Of a stretch of DNA of 64,000 bases, positions 1 to 9,977 are shown piece by piece (position 1 is the first letter of the stretch; each line of letters starts with the position of its first letter). The DNA lies in contig JAQGDQ010001039.1 of NCBI GenBank assembly GCA_030141605.1, positions 1-64,000 on the forward strand. The letters are read 5' to 3'. The translations under genes and the position numbers were made by a program. The notes under the pieces are model-generated. The model had not been told where the DNA came from. It was given only the letters and a program-made list of their open reading frames with translations, and ran no database searches. Source of the DNA: Tubiluchus corallicola. Taxonomy: Eukaryota > Animalia > Priapulida.

Positions 1-831
1 TGTCAGCCATGTATAAATAGAATATTCCCCTTTCAGAGCACTGAAAATGACGAGCTAAGAGACATTTTCAGTGCAAGCCAAATGAGCAATGTTTTAAAAA
101 ATTAATCATCAGTTTTCACCCCAAATGAACATGATGAACAGGATCCAGTTCATTACACAAACTTCTTTATGTGCAAATACTACAAGCTCGCTGCTTTGAA
201 ACAAAACTGATTTAGTTGTAAATAAAGATGACATGTTCTTTTTTATCATACCACGTACTACGTCATATCACGTAGGACCCATTTTCGTGACATCAGGCAT
301 TTAAACAGTACCGTAACACTTATACAAGTGTGCGTGCCGTGCAAGGAAGACACCTGCCATTGCACAAACTGCAGTTAGTTTCTGACGTAAGCAATAGCTG
401 TGTTCGGTTGCCGTTAGTTAATTTTCCAAGCTAATTATTTAAATATAAGAAACAATTGCTAACTTCTATAGGCAAGATAATGTATATTTTGGACAGTAAA
501 TTAAAATGAGATTCAGTCTAAACAATCGTTCGGCCTTCCTTTAAGCGCTATAAAAGTTTCAAAATTTGAACCAAACATCCTTCGAGGACAAAATAAGTTG
601 CTGCACTTGAAGCAATAACTGCTATATGGATTAGCCAGGTGACTTGACAAAAGCATTGGTTTAATCTAGTTTTATTCTAATTATTTTAAATCCGAATTTT
701 TACAAATTTTCGTACATTGTATGCAGTGTAATTGTATGCAGGAGTCTTAAGTACAACGGCGTAAAACAATTTTAAGGAGTAATTTAGCTGTTCCCGTGTA
801 GCAATTAGGCTGTTAGTATGGATTTGGCTGT

Positions 832-2553
832 CTATACATCTTGGGAAGCTGGGCTTTCATAGTCTGTATCTGATCCTTCCTTTTCATCATCTTCTCCTGT
901 TTGCGATTCTTCTTCTTTCTCCTCCTGTTCGAACGAACCAGATACTGACGTTGAAGATACCACGGCAGTTAGTTTTTGCATTCTTTGTTGATGAAGTATG
1001 GTTAAGCCAGTCAATATAATAATTACGTAGAGAAAAGCCATGGTGACAGCAAGAATTCCAAGCGTGTCCAGTGAAGTCCTCTGGAGAGTATCGTCTTTGG
1101 TTTGTAAATAATCTGATGGAAGAATGCAGATTTTGCCACAAGATTCGTACTCACAGCATTTTTCAATCCCACCACAGTCATTATCCTTGCTACAAGACGC
1201 AGTTAGACATTTGCTTTTATCAACTTTTTTCTTACTGGGACATACTCCTCCCTTAATCAGTATGTTGCAATTTTCACCAGAAAATAGTTCGAGACATTTA
1301 CACCTGTAAATGCTGTCTTCACTAGTGCATGTTCCACTGTACAGACATGGGTATGAAGCACAGGGGTCAGACATGTTGCAGTTGGCCCCTTGGTATCCTT
1401 GTGCACATGAACACGTATATGATTCTGTCGCATTTAAATTATTGCATGTTCCACCGTTCTGACATGGATTTGAAGAACAGGGGTCAAATGTTTCACAGTT
1501 ATCTCCAACATATCCTTCTTCACAAGAGCATGTGTATTTGTCCGGCATATTTGTGCATGATCCACCACTCTGACATGGATTTGACGAACATGAGTCAAGT
1601 GTTTCACAATTATATCCAACATATCCTTTTTCACAAGAGCAGGTGTATTTGTCCGGCATATTTGTGCATGTTCCACCACTTTGACATGGATTTGAAGAAC
1701 AGGGGTCAAATGTCTCGCAATTATATCCAACATATTCTTTTTCACAAGAGCAGGTGTAATGGTCCGGCATATTTGTGCATGATCCACCATTCTGACATGG
1801 AGTCGAAGAGCAAGGATCAAATTTGCTGCACAACTCGTCAACATAACCAACTGGGCATGTACAATTAAAAGCACTGTAGTAATTATGACATGTTCCGGAG
1901 TTCTGACATGGCATAGAGAAGCAAGGATTTCTTCGGTCGTCACAGACTGGCCCAATCCATTGTATGACGCTTCGGTTGCAAATGCAAAGATAGTATCCAA
2001 AATCGTATTTTTTAATGCACTGGGCAGCGTTGTCTCCACATTCTTCACATGTTGATGGAGGATGACGGACTTCGATTAGTACCTCAACAGCAGGATTTGT
2101 TGCTGCTTCCTTTCTTTTAAAGGAAACACATAGTGTTGTTAATGATGTAGATAATCCAATTTGATACCACTTTATGTCTGTGTTACAAAAACTTTTAGGT
2201 TTCCCTTTAAAACCTGATGTTAAATTTGTCGAATACATGTGTACTGAGTCGTCATTGCCACATGGAAGGTCCATGTTCCGCAAACCGAAGTACATCACTT
2301 GCCTGGGGTCGCTGGGATCTTTTGTAACACACACTTCTCGTACGAGCGAGTTGGACCCGTTGTCATTGTACTGCATCGGTTCAGCTATAATAGATACGTT
2401 TTGAGCTAGAAGTTCCTCTCGATAGTTTTGATTTCCAGCCTTATACGGATACAATACTTTAAAATTATTTGGATATTTTATATTCCCGGGTCTAGTGCTT
2501 AAAGTGCTTTTAAAAAGATACAACAAAAATAGCGATGCAAACAATTTCTTCAT
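832..2553 (-). CDS. Intronless type I membrane protein, paralog 1 (573 aa): signal peptide, CUB-like domain, atypical EGF, 6 EGF repeats, WAP domain, TM, acidic tail
   Basis: Single ORF. Hydrophobic N-terminus MKKLFASLFLLYLF; 37-aa repeats DPCSSNPCQNGGTC...YTCSC..GY.G.NC; WAP pattern CP...C....CSKDNDCGGIEKCC....CGKIC; TM LGILAVTMAFLYVIIILTGLTIL. CUB-like call is inferred from MDLPCGNDDSVHMY...SFC...LCVSF. AATAAA on the minus strand near 671-676. Confidence 0.9.
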   Translation of the reverse strand: MKKLFASLFLLYLFKSTLSTRPGNIKYPNNFKVLYPYKAGNQNYREELLAQNVSIIAEPMQYNDNGSNSLVREVCVTKDPSDPRQVMYFGLRNMDLPCGNDDSVHMYSTNLTSGFKGKPKSFCNTDIKWYQIGLSTSLTTLCVSFKRKEAATNPAVEVLIEVRHPPSTCEECGDNAAQCIKKYDFGYYLCICNRSVIQWIGPVCDDRRNPCFSMPCQNSGTCHNYYSAFNCTCPVGYVDELCSKFDPCSSTPCQNGGSCTNMPDHYTCSCEKEYVGYNCETFDPCSSNPCQSGGTCTNMPDKYTCSCEKGYVGYNCETLDSCSSNPCQSGGSCTNMPDKYTCSCEEGYVGDNCETFDPCSSNPCQNGGTCNNLNATESYTCSCAQGYQGANCNMSDPCASYPCLYSGTCTSEDSIYRCKCLELFSGENCNILIKGGVCPSKKKVDKSKCLTASCSKDNDCGGIEKCCEYESCGKICILPSDYLQTKDDTLQRTSLDTLGILAVTMAFLYVIIILTGLTILHQQRMQKLTAVVSSTSVSGSFEQEEKEEESQTGEDDEKEGSDTDYESPASQDV

Positions 2554-3402
2554 TTTGCTACCATTTAATTTAGAACACCTAATTCTAAATGAATGACATC
2601 ATTCTTTTAGCTATTCGAAATTGTTAAAAGATAATAAGTAGCAACAATGAACTTTCCAGTAAAAAACTCGTTCGAATCGAATTCGAAAGCCCCAAATTCA
2701 CTATGAAGGTTACGCTATTTCTCCCGTGTACTGCGAGCCCTGAATATCTGACTGTATCTGAAATAGATTCTGAAATAGCTTAAATGTGGGTACAAGGGAT
2801 CTAACCTATAAAGGTAGAATTAGAAATTCTCTTATTGTGAAAGCTCCCCTTGGCCTTGACAATGCAAGTTCTGAGATTATGTGGTGCGAAATTTCATTGC
2901 TGTATATATATGTACAAGCACTGTATAACAAACGTATTTTACGTATGTTATAGAAGCGGTAGACTCGTTTCCCTGAAAGGATTTTTCCCAAAAGTATTTT
3001 GCCATAAGATTTTTTGCCAGACAAATTTACTTCCCAGAAAAGATTTATGTGACCTCCAATCAATTATAATGCTATTTTAATACAGCTCTATGTAAATTAA
3101 ACATACAACATACACTGCGGTCGTCTCTTCTCCTCTTTTCCTTCTTCCTATCCCTAATCTTACTATTTTGTTTCTAGTCCATCATGTCTACTAACCCTAA
3201 CAATTCTTTCATTCACTCATTTCTGCCTCCTCAACAAGCCAAGCTTTCAAGATGTCATACGGCAACTCTTTTATTTGGTTAATTTGACTTCATCAGCCTT
3301 TTTTTACCTATACTGTTTCTTTTTGTTTCAATAATATTGTATGTTGATGTATCGTATACGTATTGCTGGAGCGAAATAAATTGATAAGAAATTTTACCTT
3401 AA

Positions 3403-3853
3403 CCCTTTCATACCCGTTGTATCCCATGGGATACGAGAATATTTTCTGCCTTTAAAATTAATAAAATTTTAAGACTGACAGTTATTTGATTTGTTAATAG
3501 TTATTTTGATGTAAGCCAATAACAATAGACTAAAAATGGTAATAAAATGGCAAACTAAAAAATCTACATAGCATAAAAAACTGCGCAAGATACAACACTT
3601 TAGAGACGACTTTGTACAAATCAGCATAGCGTGCATACTAAATGCCTTAAATACTTTAAAAAAATTATCACCATTTGCTTTTTGTCATGTTTAGCAACCA
3701 TTAAATCCCAATATGTCCTGTGGGATACAGGCTATTTTTAGCACACAGGTAGAAAAAAAAAATTATTATGTGTAAACAAGATGGACATACTGAACAAAAG
3801 TACCAAGCCAAAATTTTTTTTCTTATTAAAAAAATAATTTGGGACCGAAAGGG
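3403..3853. mobile_element. piggyBac-like non-autonomous element (MITE)
   Basis: TTAA|CCCTTTC ... GAAAGGG|TTAA termini; internal GTATCCCATGGGATAC palindrome. Confidence 0.75.
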
Positions 3854-4958
3854 TTAATTCAGCATCCTAATAACTGCTCAGGAATGAAAAAACAAAGGAA
3901 AAATGAAAACAGCTTGAGGAGACTGCTTTAACTACAGTTACTAAAACTCGTGCATTTATTTTAGCATCCAAAACGCTTTTTCATTTTTAAAATGTCTTCA
4001 ATAACAGAAGCATTAAAGGGCGCCAAATGTAAGCTAATAGGAAATACTAGATTCACTGCAGGTACAAATGTTGGGATAATTCTTAATGTCAATATAAAAA
4101 ATACAGTTTTTTAAATAATTATTATAATAATAAATCTCTATTAAAGAAATGAACATATGTACAAAAAGGTGCCTCTTTTTGCAGGCTCAGATCAACATTT
4201 TACATTTTCATATAACAAATCTTTTAAATATTTCCAGCTTCACACTATGTACAATGAATCTTTTTCTAATTTGCACTTAAATAACTTAATTACCGATTTA
4301 TTCAAAGTATTGCATCTACATTTGACTTACCTAAGTCACATTTGAGTTACCAAAACACATTCGAAATTCCTATGTCTACATTTGACTTACCTAAGTCACA
4401 TTTGAACGTCACATCACTATCATTATTGTTACCTGTTACTTTATTTACCTATACTCCATTAGCCAATAGAAGTGCCTCCATCTGCGACAATAGCGATCGC
4501 ACGCTAGCGAGGCTTCCTTAAAAGGTGCCATCGAAACAAGGGAAGGACGTGTTATCAGTGCTACTGTGAGATTCTGACTGTGAGACGACATTCGTTTGAC
4601 GATTTTCTCGTCCATCGCAAATGATGTGAAAGGGGCTTTAAGTTATATGAGCTATTTCGATTTTGTCGCCATCAGAACGTCTGTTTGTGTGATTGTTGCA
4701 ATATCAGTTCAGTTCATTTCGCAAAGCTCATTTCGCGGAAAAATTCAATTAAATTTTATTTCGTTAGTGTTCATTAGTGAAAGTTTCATTAGGAAAAAAA
4801 GAATTCATTAGTGAAAGTATCGATTGTCAGTACAAACAGCTTTAGCGAACATAAACATTTACACGAAAAGTCAGACATTGTAAAGAAAATGTGAGTGCTG
4901 TATGTACATACGAAATAACCTTTTTCAGTGTTTCGTTGTGCGCAGGCGTAATTGCTGC

Positions 4959-5551
4959 AGGTCAAAGGTTAAGTGTACCACTGCAACGCGTCTTAACTAC
5001 AATCGTCACGTGGCATGTGGGCAAAGCAAAACATCAGTTCAGTAGTCTTACGATGATTTTACATAATTATGCATTAGTCTGTGTGTAGAGTTATTTACTA
5101 GCAGAATCTTGCTTGGAAGCAAGAAAACATTAATAGGTAAGGTTCTAGTAAACTGTTAAAACTGTTACTATTACAGCAAATCCCAGTTGAGTAACTTCAG
5201 TATTTTACGTTGACTTTACTTAAGTTATGCATTAGTCTGTGTGTAGAGTGATACACTATCAGAATCTTGCTTGGGAACAAGAAAACATTAACTAGGTAAG
5301 TTTCTAGTAAGCTGTAAAACTGTTACTATTACAGCAAAGCCCAGTTCAGTACCTTCAGTTTTTTACGTGGACTTTACTTAATTATGCATTAGTCTCTGTG
5401 GGATCTTACTTTGAAACAAGAAACTATTAACTAGGTAAGGTTCTACAACTAGCATTCGTGCCTTTTCTTAATTACTATCACAATAGCATGGGCTGTGAGG
5501 CGTTGTCAATTGTACGCTAATGCGCTGTCTGGTACACTTAACCTTTGACCT
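4959..5551. repeat. 22-bp perfect inverted repeat enclosing three ~158-bp tandem units
   Basis: AGGTCAAAGGTTAAGTGTACCA (4959-4980) and its reverse complement (5530-5551). TTATGCATTAGTC recurs at 5067, 5225 and 5382; the duplicate has two units (26141, 26299). Confidence 0.75.
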
Positions 5552-5892
5552 TTTCACGATCATCATCAATCGCTGTGAAAAGTCTTATTGCTACTTATTG
5601 AGAATTTCTACTTCATTTTGTGGACGAATACCGTTACGGAGTGTTGCGCCGTTCTATATTTTTTTGCTATTTTATTGATTTTTGGTTTCATTTTTCGTTA
5701 AACAGACTTGCATAAACAGAATATCAGCTTAACTCAAAAGTAAGAGTGGCAACACACGCGATACTGATCACCACAAATTTGCAGCGATTATTAATCTGAA
5801 AAAATATCAGTGTTAGCAGTGATGGGTTTCGAACTCTGGACCTTATAATCTACTATTTACAGCACTGCTAAACTGTTTGACGACAGATAGTG

Positions 5893-7062
5893 ATGTGTGC
5901 AAAGCAAGAATTACTAATCACGAATATGGCAAGAGAAACGACGAATGACAACCACGCGACATCAAACAATTTTCTTACGGCAACGGAAACGGATACTACT
6001 AGTGAAATGCCACACGATGTGGTATCGCCAATGTTCACGTTTCCTAAAAATTCACCAATTCGTCCGTATACGGCGGACACCAGTTTATTCTGGACTTGGC
6101 ACTTGTGGCGGAGTCTGGCGGACACTGCGCGCAACAAAGAGTTGCTTTTCCAGAAAACGCAAAGTGCAGATTACGGTGCAAATTCAAGAAACTATGATGA
6201 AGTCAGCAGCGATGGAGATTTTTTATCACTCCAATCAGAAAAGGGGTGCAGATCTTCTGGATTTGTGAACGAAACGAAGCAAGAAAGGTCACGTTCAGGT
6301 GAAAGGTCAACGTTTTTAACCCGGAACGATTTAGGGTTGAAAAGAACTTTCGAAAGAAAAACTATTAATGATATTGGTCAACATCATTGCGTCAGGGACG
6401 TTTATGTTAAACAAACACAGAAAAATGCCGATGCGCCTGACTATGACGAAGCTGAACAAAGTTGTAACCCTATAGTGGACGAACAAGTAGAATTTAGAAC
6501 CAAAGGAGATCAATTTTCCACATACAATGAGTGTAGCAGCGGCACGGACGTGGAAAAGGTCCAGCATTGGCTAAACAACCGCTGTCCAGATAATCCAAGC
6601 AATGGAAGCTTACTGCACAAGTTAAGCATAAGCAAATCCGGCAAGCATTTATCGGCCTTCCGACCGTACGTGCCCCCTGTGACGTCACGTCGACGTGATC
6701 GGGTAACCAGCAGAGCTAAATCCGTTGTAAACGTTAGTTATATTACGCGAAACTTTCAGAACATTTACCCATGCTCAACGCCCAAGGGAGAGACCGAGCG
6801 ACCCGAACACTCGAACCAAGGTCACAGATGTGTCAGAGATTCTAAGAACTTCTCGAAGCACAAGAACCACAGCCCGACCAAAAGGTTCGAAAGCGGCAAA
6901 AAGATGCGCCCAAGGAGCGAACTTGTCAATGGCAAAGTTTCGGCTAAAATCAAGGCGCTTTTGACGAAGGAGAGAAAGAGGACTCTGCTAACTGTAGTTG
7001 GGTACGAGGCCGTGATCAGGTACATGCTAGAGCAAAAGCATTTGTTACGTAGCTTCAACTGA
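5893..7062 (+). CDS. Uncharacterised ~389-aa protein (Ser/Arg/Lys-rich, largely disordered, predicted helical C-terminus), copy 1
   Basis: 1.17-kb ORF in AT-rich DNA; first ATG at 5893 (the track start at 5890 is GTG). Frame is conserved in copy 2 across a 30-nt indel, and synonymous changes cluster toward the 3' end. No domain recognised. Could be a terminal exon (tttacag at ~5862). Confidence 0.6.
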   Translation: MCAKQELLITNMARETTNDNHATSNNFLTATETDTTSEMPHDVVSPMFTFPKNSPIRPYTADTSLFWTWHLWRSLADTARNKELLFQKTQSADYGANSRNYDEVSSDGDFLSLQSEKGCRSSGFVNETKQERSRSGERSTFLTRNDLGLKRTFERKTINDIGQHHCVRDVYVKQTQKNADAPDYDEAEQSCNPIVDEQVEFRTKGDQFSTYNECSSGTDVEKVQHWLNNRCPDNPSNGSLLHKLSISKSGKHLSAFRPYVPPVTSRRRDRVTSRAKSVVNVSYITRNFQNIYPCSTPKGETERPEHSNQGHRCVRDSKNFSKHKNHSPTKRFESGKKMRPRSELVNGKVSAKIKALLTKERKRTLLTVVGYEAVIRYMLEQKHLLRSFN

Positions 7063-7765
7063 TGGATATGACGAAGGAGAGAAAGAGGACTCTGCTAACT
7101 GTAGTTGGGTATGAGGCAGTGATCAGGTACATCCTAGAGCAAAAGCATTTGTTACGTAGCTTCAACTGATGGATATGAAGAAGGAGAGAAAGAGGACTCT
7201 GCTAACTGTAGTTGGGTATGAGGCACATGCTAGAGCAGGGGTGTGCCACTTGCGGCCCGCCGAGAGAATTTGTGCGGCCCGCGAATAGATTTGTCAACCT
7301 AATGAAAGTGTGGCCCGGGCGATTAATTGAGTGTATCCAGCTGAAGTCCGTGCCACGATCCCAAAGATAGTGCAGGTAGTTTTTTCTACTAGATCGGATG
7401 CCATTAACCCTTACATGACGGTTGTAGCTTAATGTCACTGTACTACACAGACTGTGTGATACACATTACTAATATCTGCATTGTAATGAAATTACCACTA
7501 TCTGTCCTGAAAGTAGGAATATATGGTTTGTAATATAAATTATAATAACTTCTAAAATAGTTTCTTGAGTGTAATAGTAATGATGTGCGCAAATCGGATG
7601 CAAAAAAGATCATTATTAGGTCCTACTGTACTTGGCTCCTTGATCAAACTGCCTGTGGCCCGCAGGAATTGCGGGAAAGTTTAACGTGGCCCGGCTAGTC
7701 AGATAATTTGCACACCGCTGTCCTAGAGCAAAAGCGTTTGTTACGTAGGTTCAACTGATGGATCG
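6962..7765 (+). repeat. Three 107-bp tandem copies of the 3' end of the unknown ORF; third copy split by a MITE
   Basis: TGA(C/A)GAAGGAGAGAAAGAGGACTCTG... at 6962, 7069 and 7176. The duplicate locus has two copies. Confidence 0.85.
7236..7720. mobile_element. hAT-like MITE (485 bp)
   Basis: Termini CAGGGGTGTGC ... GCACACCGCTG; subterminal (GC/GT)GGCCCG repeats; 8-bp TSD TGCTAGAG/TCCTAGAG. The host repeat resumes after the element. Confidence 0.8.
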
Positions 7766-9163
7766 TTACTGTCTCTGAGAGGCATTTATGACAAATCTTC
7801 AAAAGTCTCAGTTGAATTTCATATAAACCATTGATCTTTATTTCTGCAATATTTAAAAATTAAAATAGAAAAGCACAAGTGACTGAAATTGGCTAATTTT
7901 ATGAAAAGTTACTTAGTTTAGATGGATTGACAGTTATTTAGTCCATTCAAAAATATCAATGAATAAATCAAAATAAAAATTAAATAGAAATAAACTTACA
8001 TCGTTGTGGCATATATCTAATGAAATATTTCGCTAGCTTGCACAAGATACTACAGAACAGCATAACGAAAACATAACTAGGTCAATGCCCACACTTTAAA
8101 CTTTCCAGCTAGATGGAGCCACCTTAGCTACAAAATTAGAATTTATTAAGTCAAGTTCACACTGGAATTAATAGATATGTCGAAGTAATCATTCATTCAC
8201 ACTGAACTTTTGACAAACGCCATTCGACTTTCGCTAGTTCTTTCTCTATGAGAATCGTTTATTTGTTTTATTTTGTAAATATGATATTAATAAAAAGTTG
8301 GCTTAACAATTTTTCGTCTTCTCAGCTTTTTCCTGGCGTCTAGCAACAGGTTGACTGCAAGACCTTACCTTAACTCATTCTACCCTACATGTCAAACGCA
8401 GAAAGAAAGATACAATTCGTTATCTTTTTAAAGGAAAACCGGATGAATGCGTAAACATTAGTTCAGAATAAAGAATGCACTAAAATATTGAAAACTACAA
8501 CAGCTTTTTTAAATCGAAGCTTACATTAAATAATAATTACCTCGGATACTCAAATTTCGTCAAAATTTCAAAGCGACGCGCGGCTCAGAGAATCTACTAA
8601 CATTGGCAGCGGAGCCTTTTTGTCACATTTGCGCGGCCGACAAATAGAAGGCGGTACCGTGATAACCATGATCATGTACTAAAGTGTTAGTTTTTGACGT
8701 CATGTGACGTAGAGCCATTTTCGTGAAATCAGGGGTTTAAACAGTAACATTCACGCAAACGTGCTTGACGCGCAAGGGAAGATGCCATACTGAAGTTTGC
8801 CCTGAATAATAAAGATGAAGTCATTAACTTATATTGAAATGTTTACTCCTACTATCATTTTATTGTATCTGATTTATGATTAGAAAATAAACTGGTTAAA
8901 CTTAATTTTCTTTGTTTGTATTTTCTTCCCGCATGTTCAATGTAATCCAATTTGGTACACGTATGCAGAAATGGACCCAAACTTCTCACCTATACCACTA
9001 TTATAGTGAGGTTAATGTACTGTGGTGCACACAATTCAATCCCCTAGACAACAAAAAGAATAATAATGCCAAACAGTGCAAACCACATTACAGTAGTAAT
9101 ACGCTACATCTGTTTGCTAATAGATTCAGGCGGCTAATTGGTCAAAATGCTTTCGCTCATTAA

Positions 9164-9697
9164 AGGAAAACCGGATGATTGTGTAAACTTTAGTTCAAAA
9201 TAAAGAATGCTCGAAAATATTGAAAACTACAATAGCTTTATGTAAATCAAAGCTTAGATTAAATAATACTCAAAGATTTCGTTAAACTTTCAAAGCTACT
9301 TGCGGCTCAGTAAATCTACTAAGATTGGCAACAGTACCGTTTTGTCACATTCGCGTGGCCGACAAATATAAGGCTGTACCGTGAAAAGCATGGTCATGAA
9401 CTGATGAGTTAGTTTCTGATGTCATATGCCGTAGGACCCATTTTCGTGACATCATGCATTTAAACAGTACCGTAACACTTATACAAATGTGCGTGCCGTG
9501 CAAGGAAGACACCTGCCATTGCACAAACTGCAGTTAGTTTCTGACGTAAGCAATAGCTGTGTTCTATTGCCGTTAATTAATTTTCCAAGCTAATTATTTA
9601 AATATAAGAAACAATTGCTAACTTTCATAGGCAAGATAATGTATATTTTGGACAGTAAATTAAAATGAGATTGAGTCTAAAAACGTCCGGTCTTCCT
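9164..9697. mobile_element. Kolobok-like non-autonomous DNA transposon
   Basis: TTAA|AGGAAAACCGGA ... TCCGGTCTTCCT|TTAA, i.e. TTAA flanks with RR termini. Partial copies at ~262-540, ~8432-8786 and ~19750-20077. Confidence 0.65.
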
Positions 9698-9977
9698 TTA
9701 AGCGCTATAAAAGTTTCCAAATTTGAACCAAACATCCTTCCAGGACAAAATAAGTTGCTGCACTTGAAGCAATAAGTGCTACATGGTTTAGCCAGGTGAC
9801 TTGACAAAAGCATTTCATCTTGTTTTATTCTAATTATTTTAAATCCGAATTTTTACAAATTTTCGTACATTGTGTAATTGTACAACGAAGTCTTAAGTAC
9901 AACGGCGTAAAACAATTTTAAGGAGTAATTTAGCTGTTCCCGTGTAGCAATTAGGCTGTTAGTATGAATTTGGCTGT

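Larger units (their letters stand above)
262..8786. repeat. Segmental duplication unit A (EGF gene, intergenic region, unknown ORF)
   Basis: Collinear high-identity match to ~19799-29621, including shared MITE insertions. Confidence 0.9.

Noticed and set aside
832-850. C-terminal PDZ-binding motif (SQDV)
   Set aside because: Position -2 is Gln, so it does not fit class I or II, and it is not conserved in the divergent paralog.
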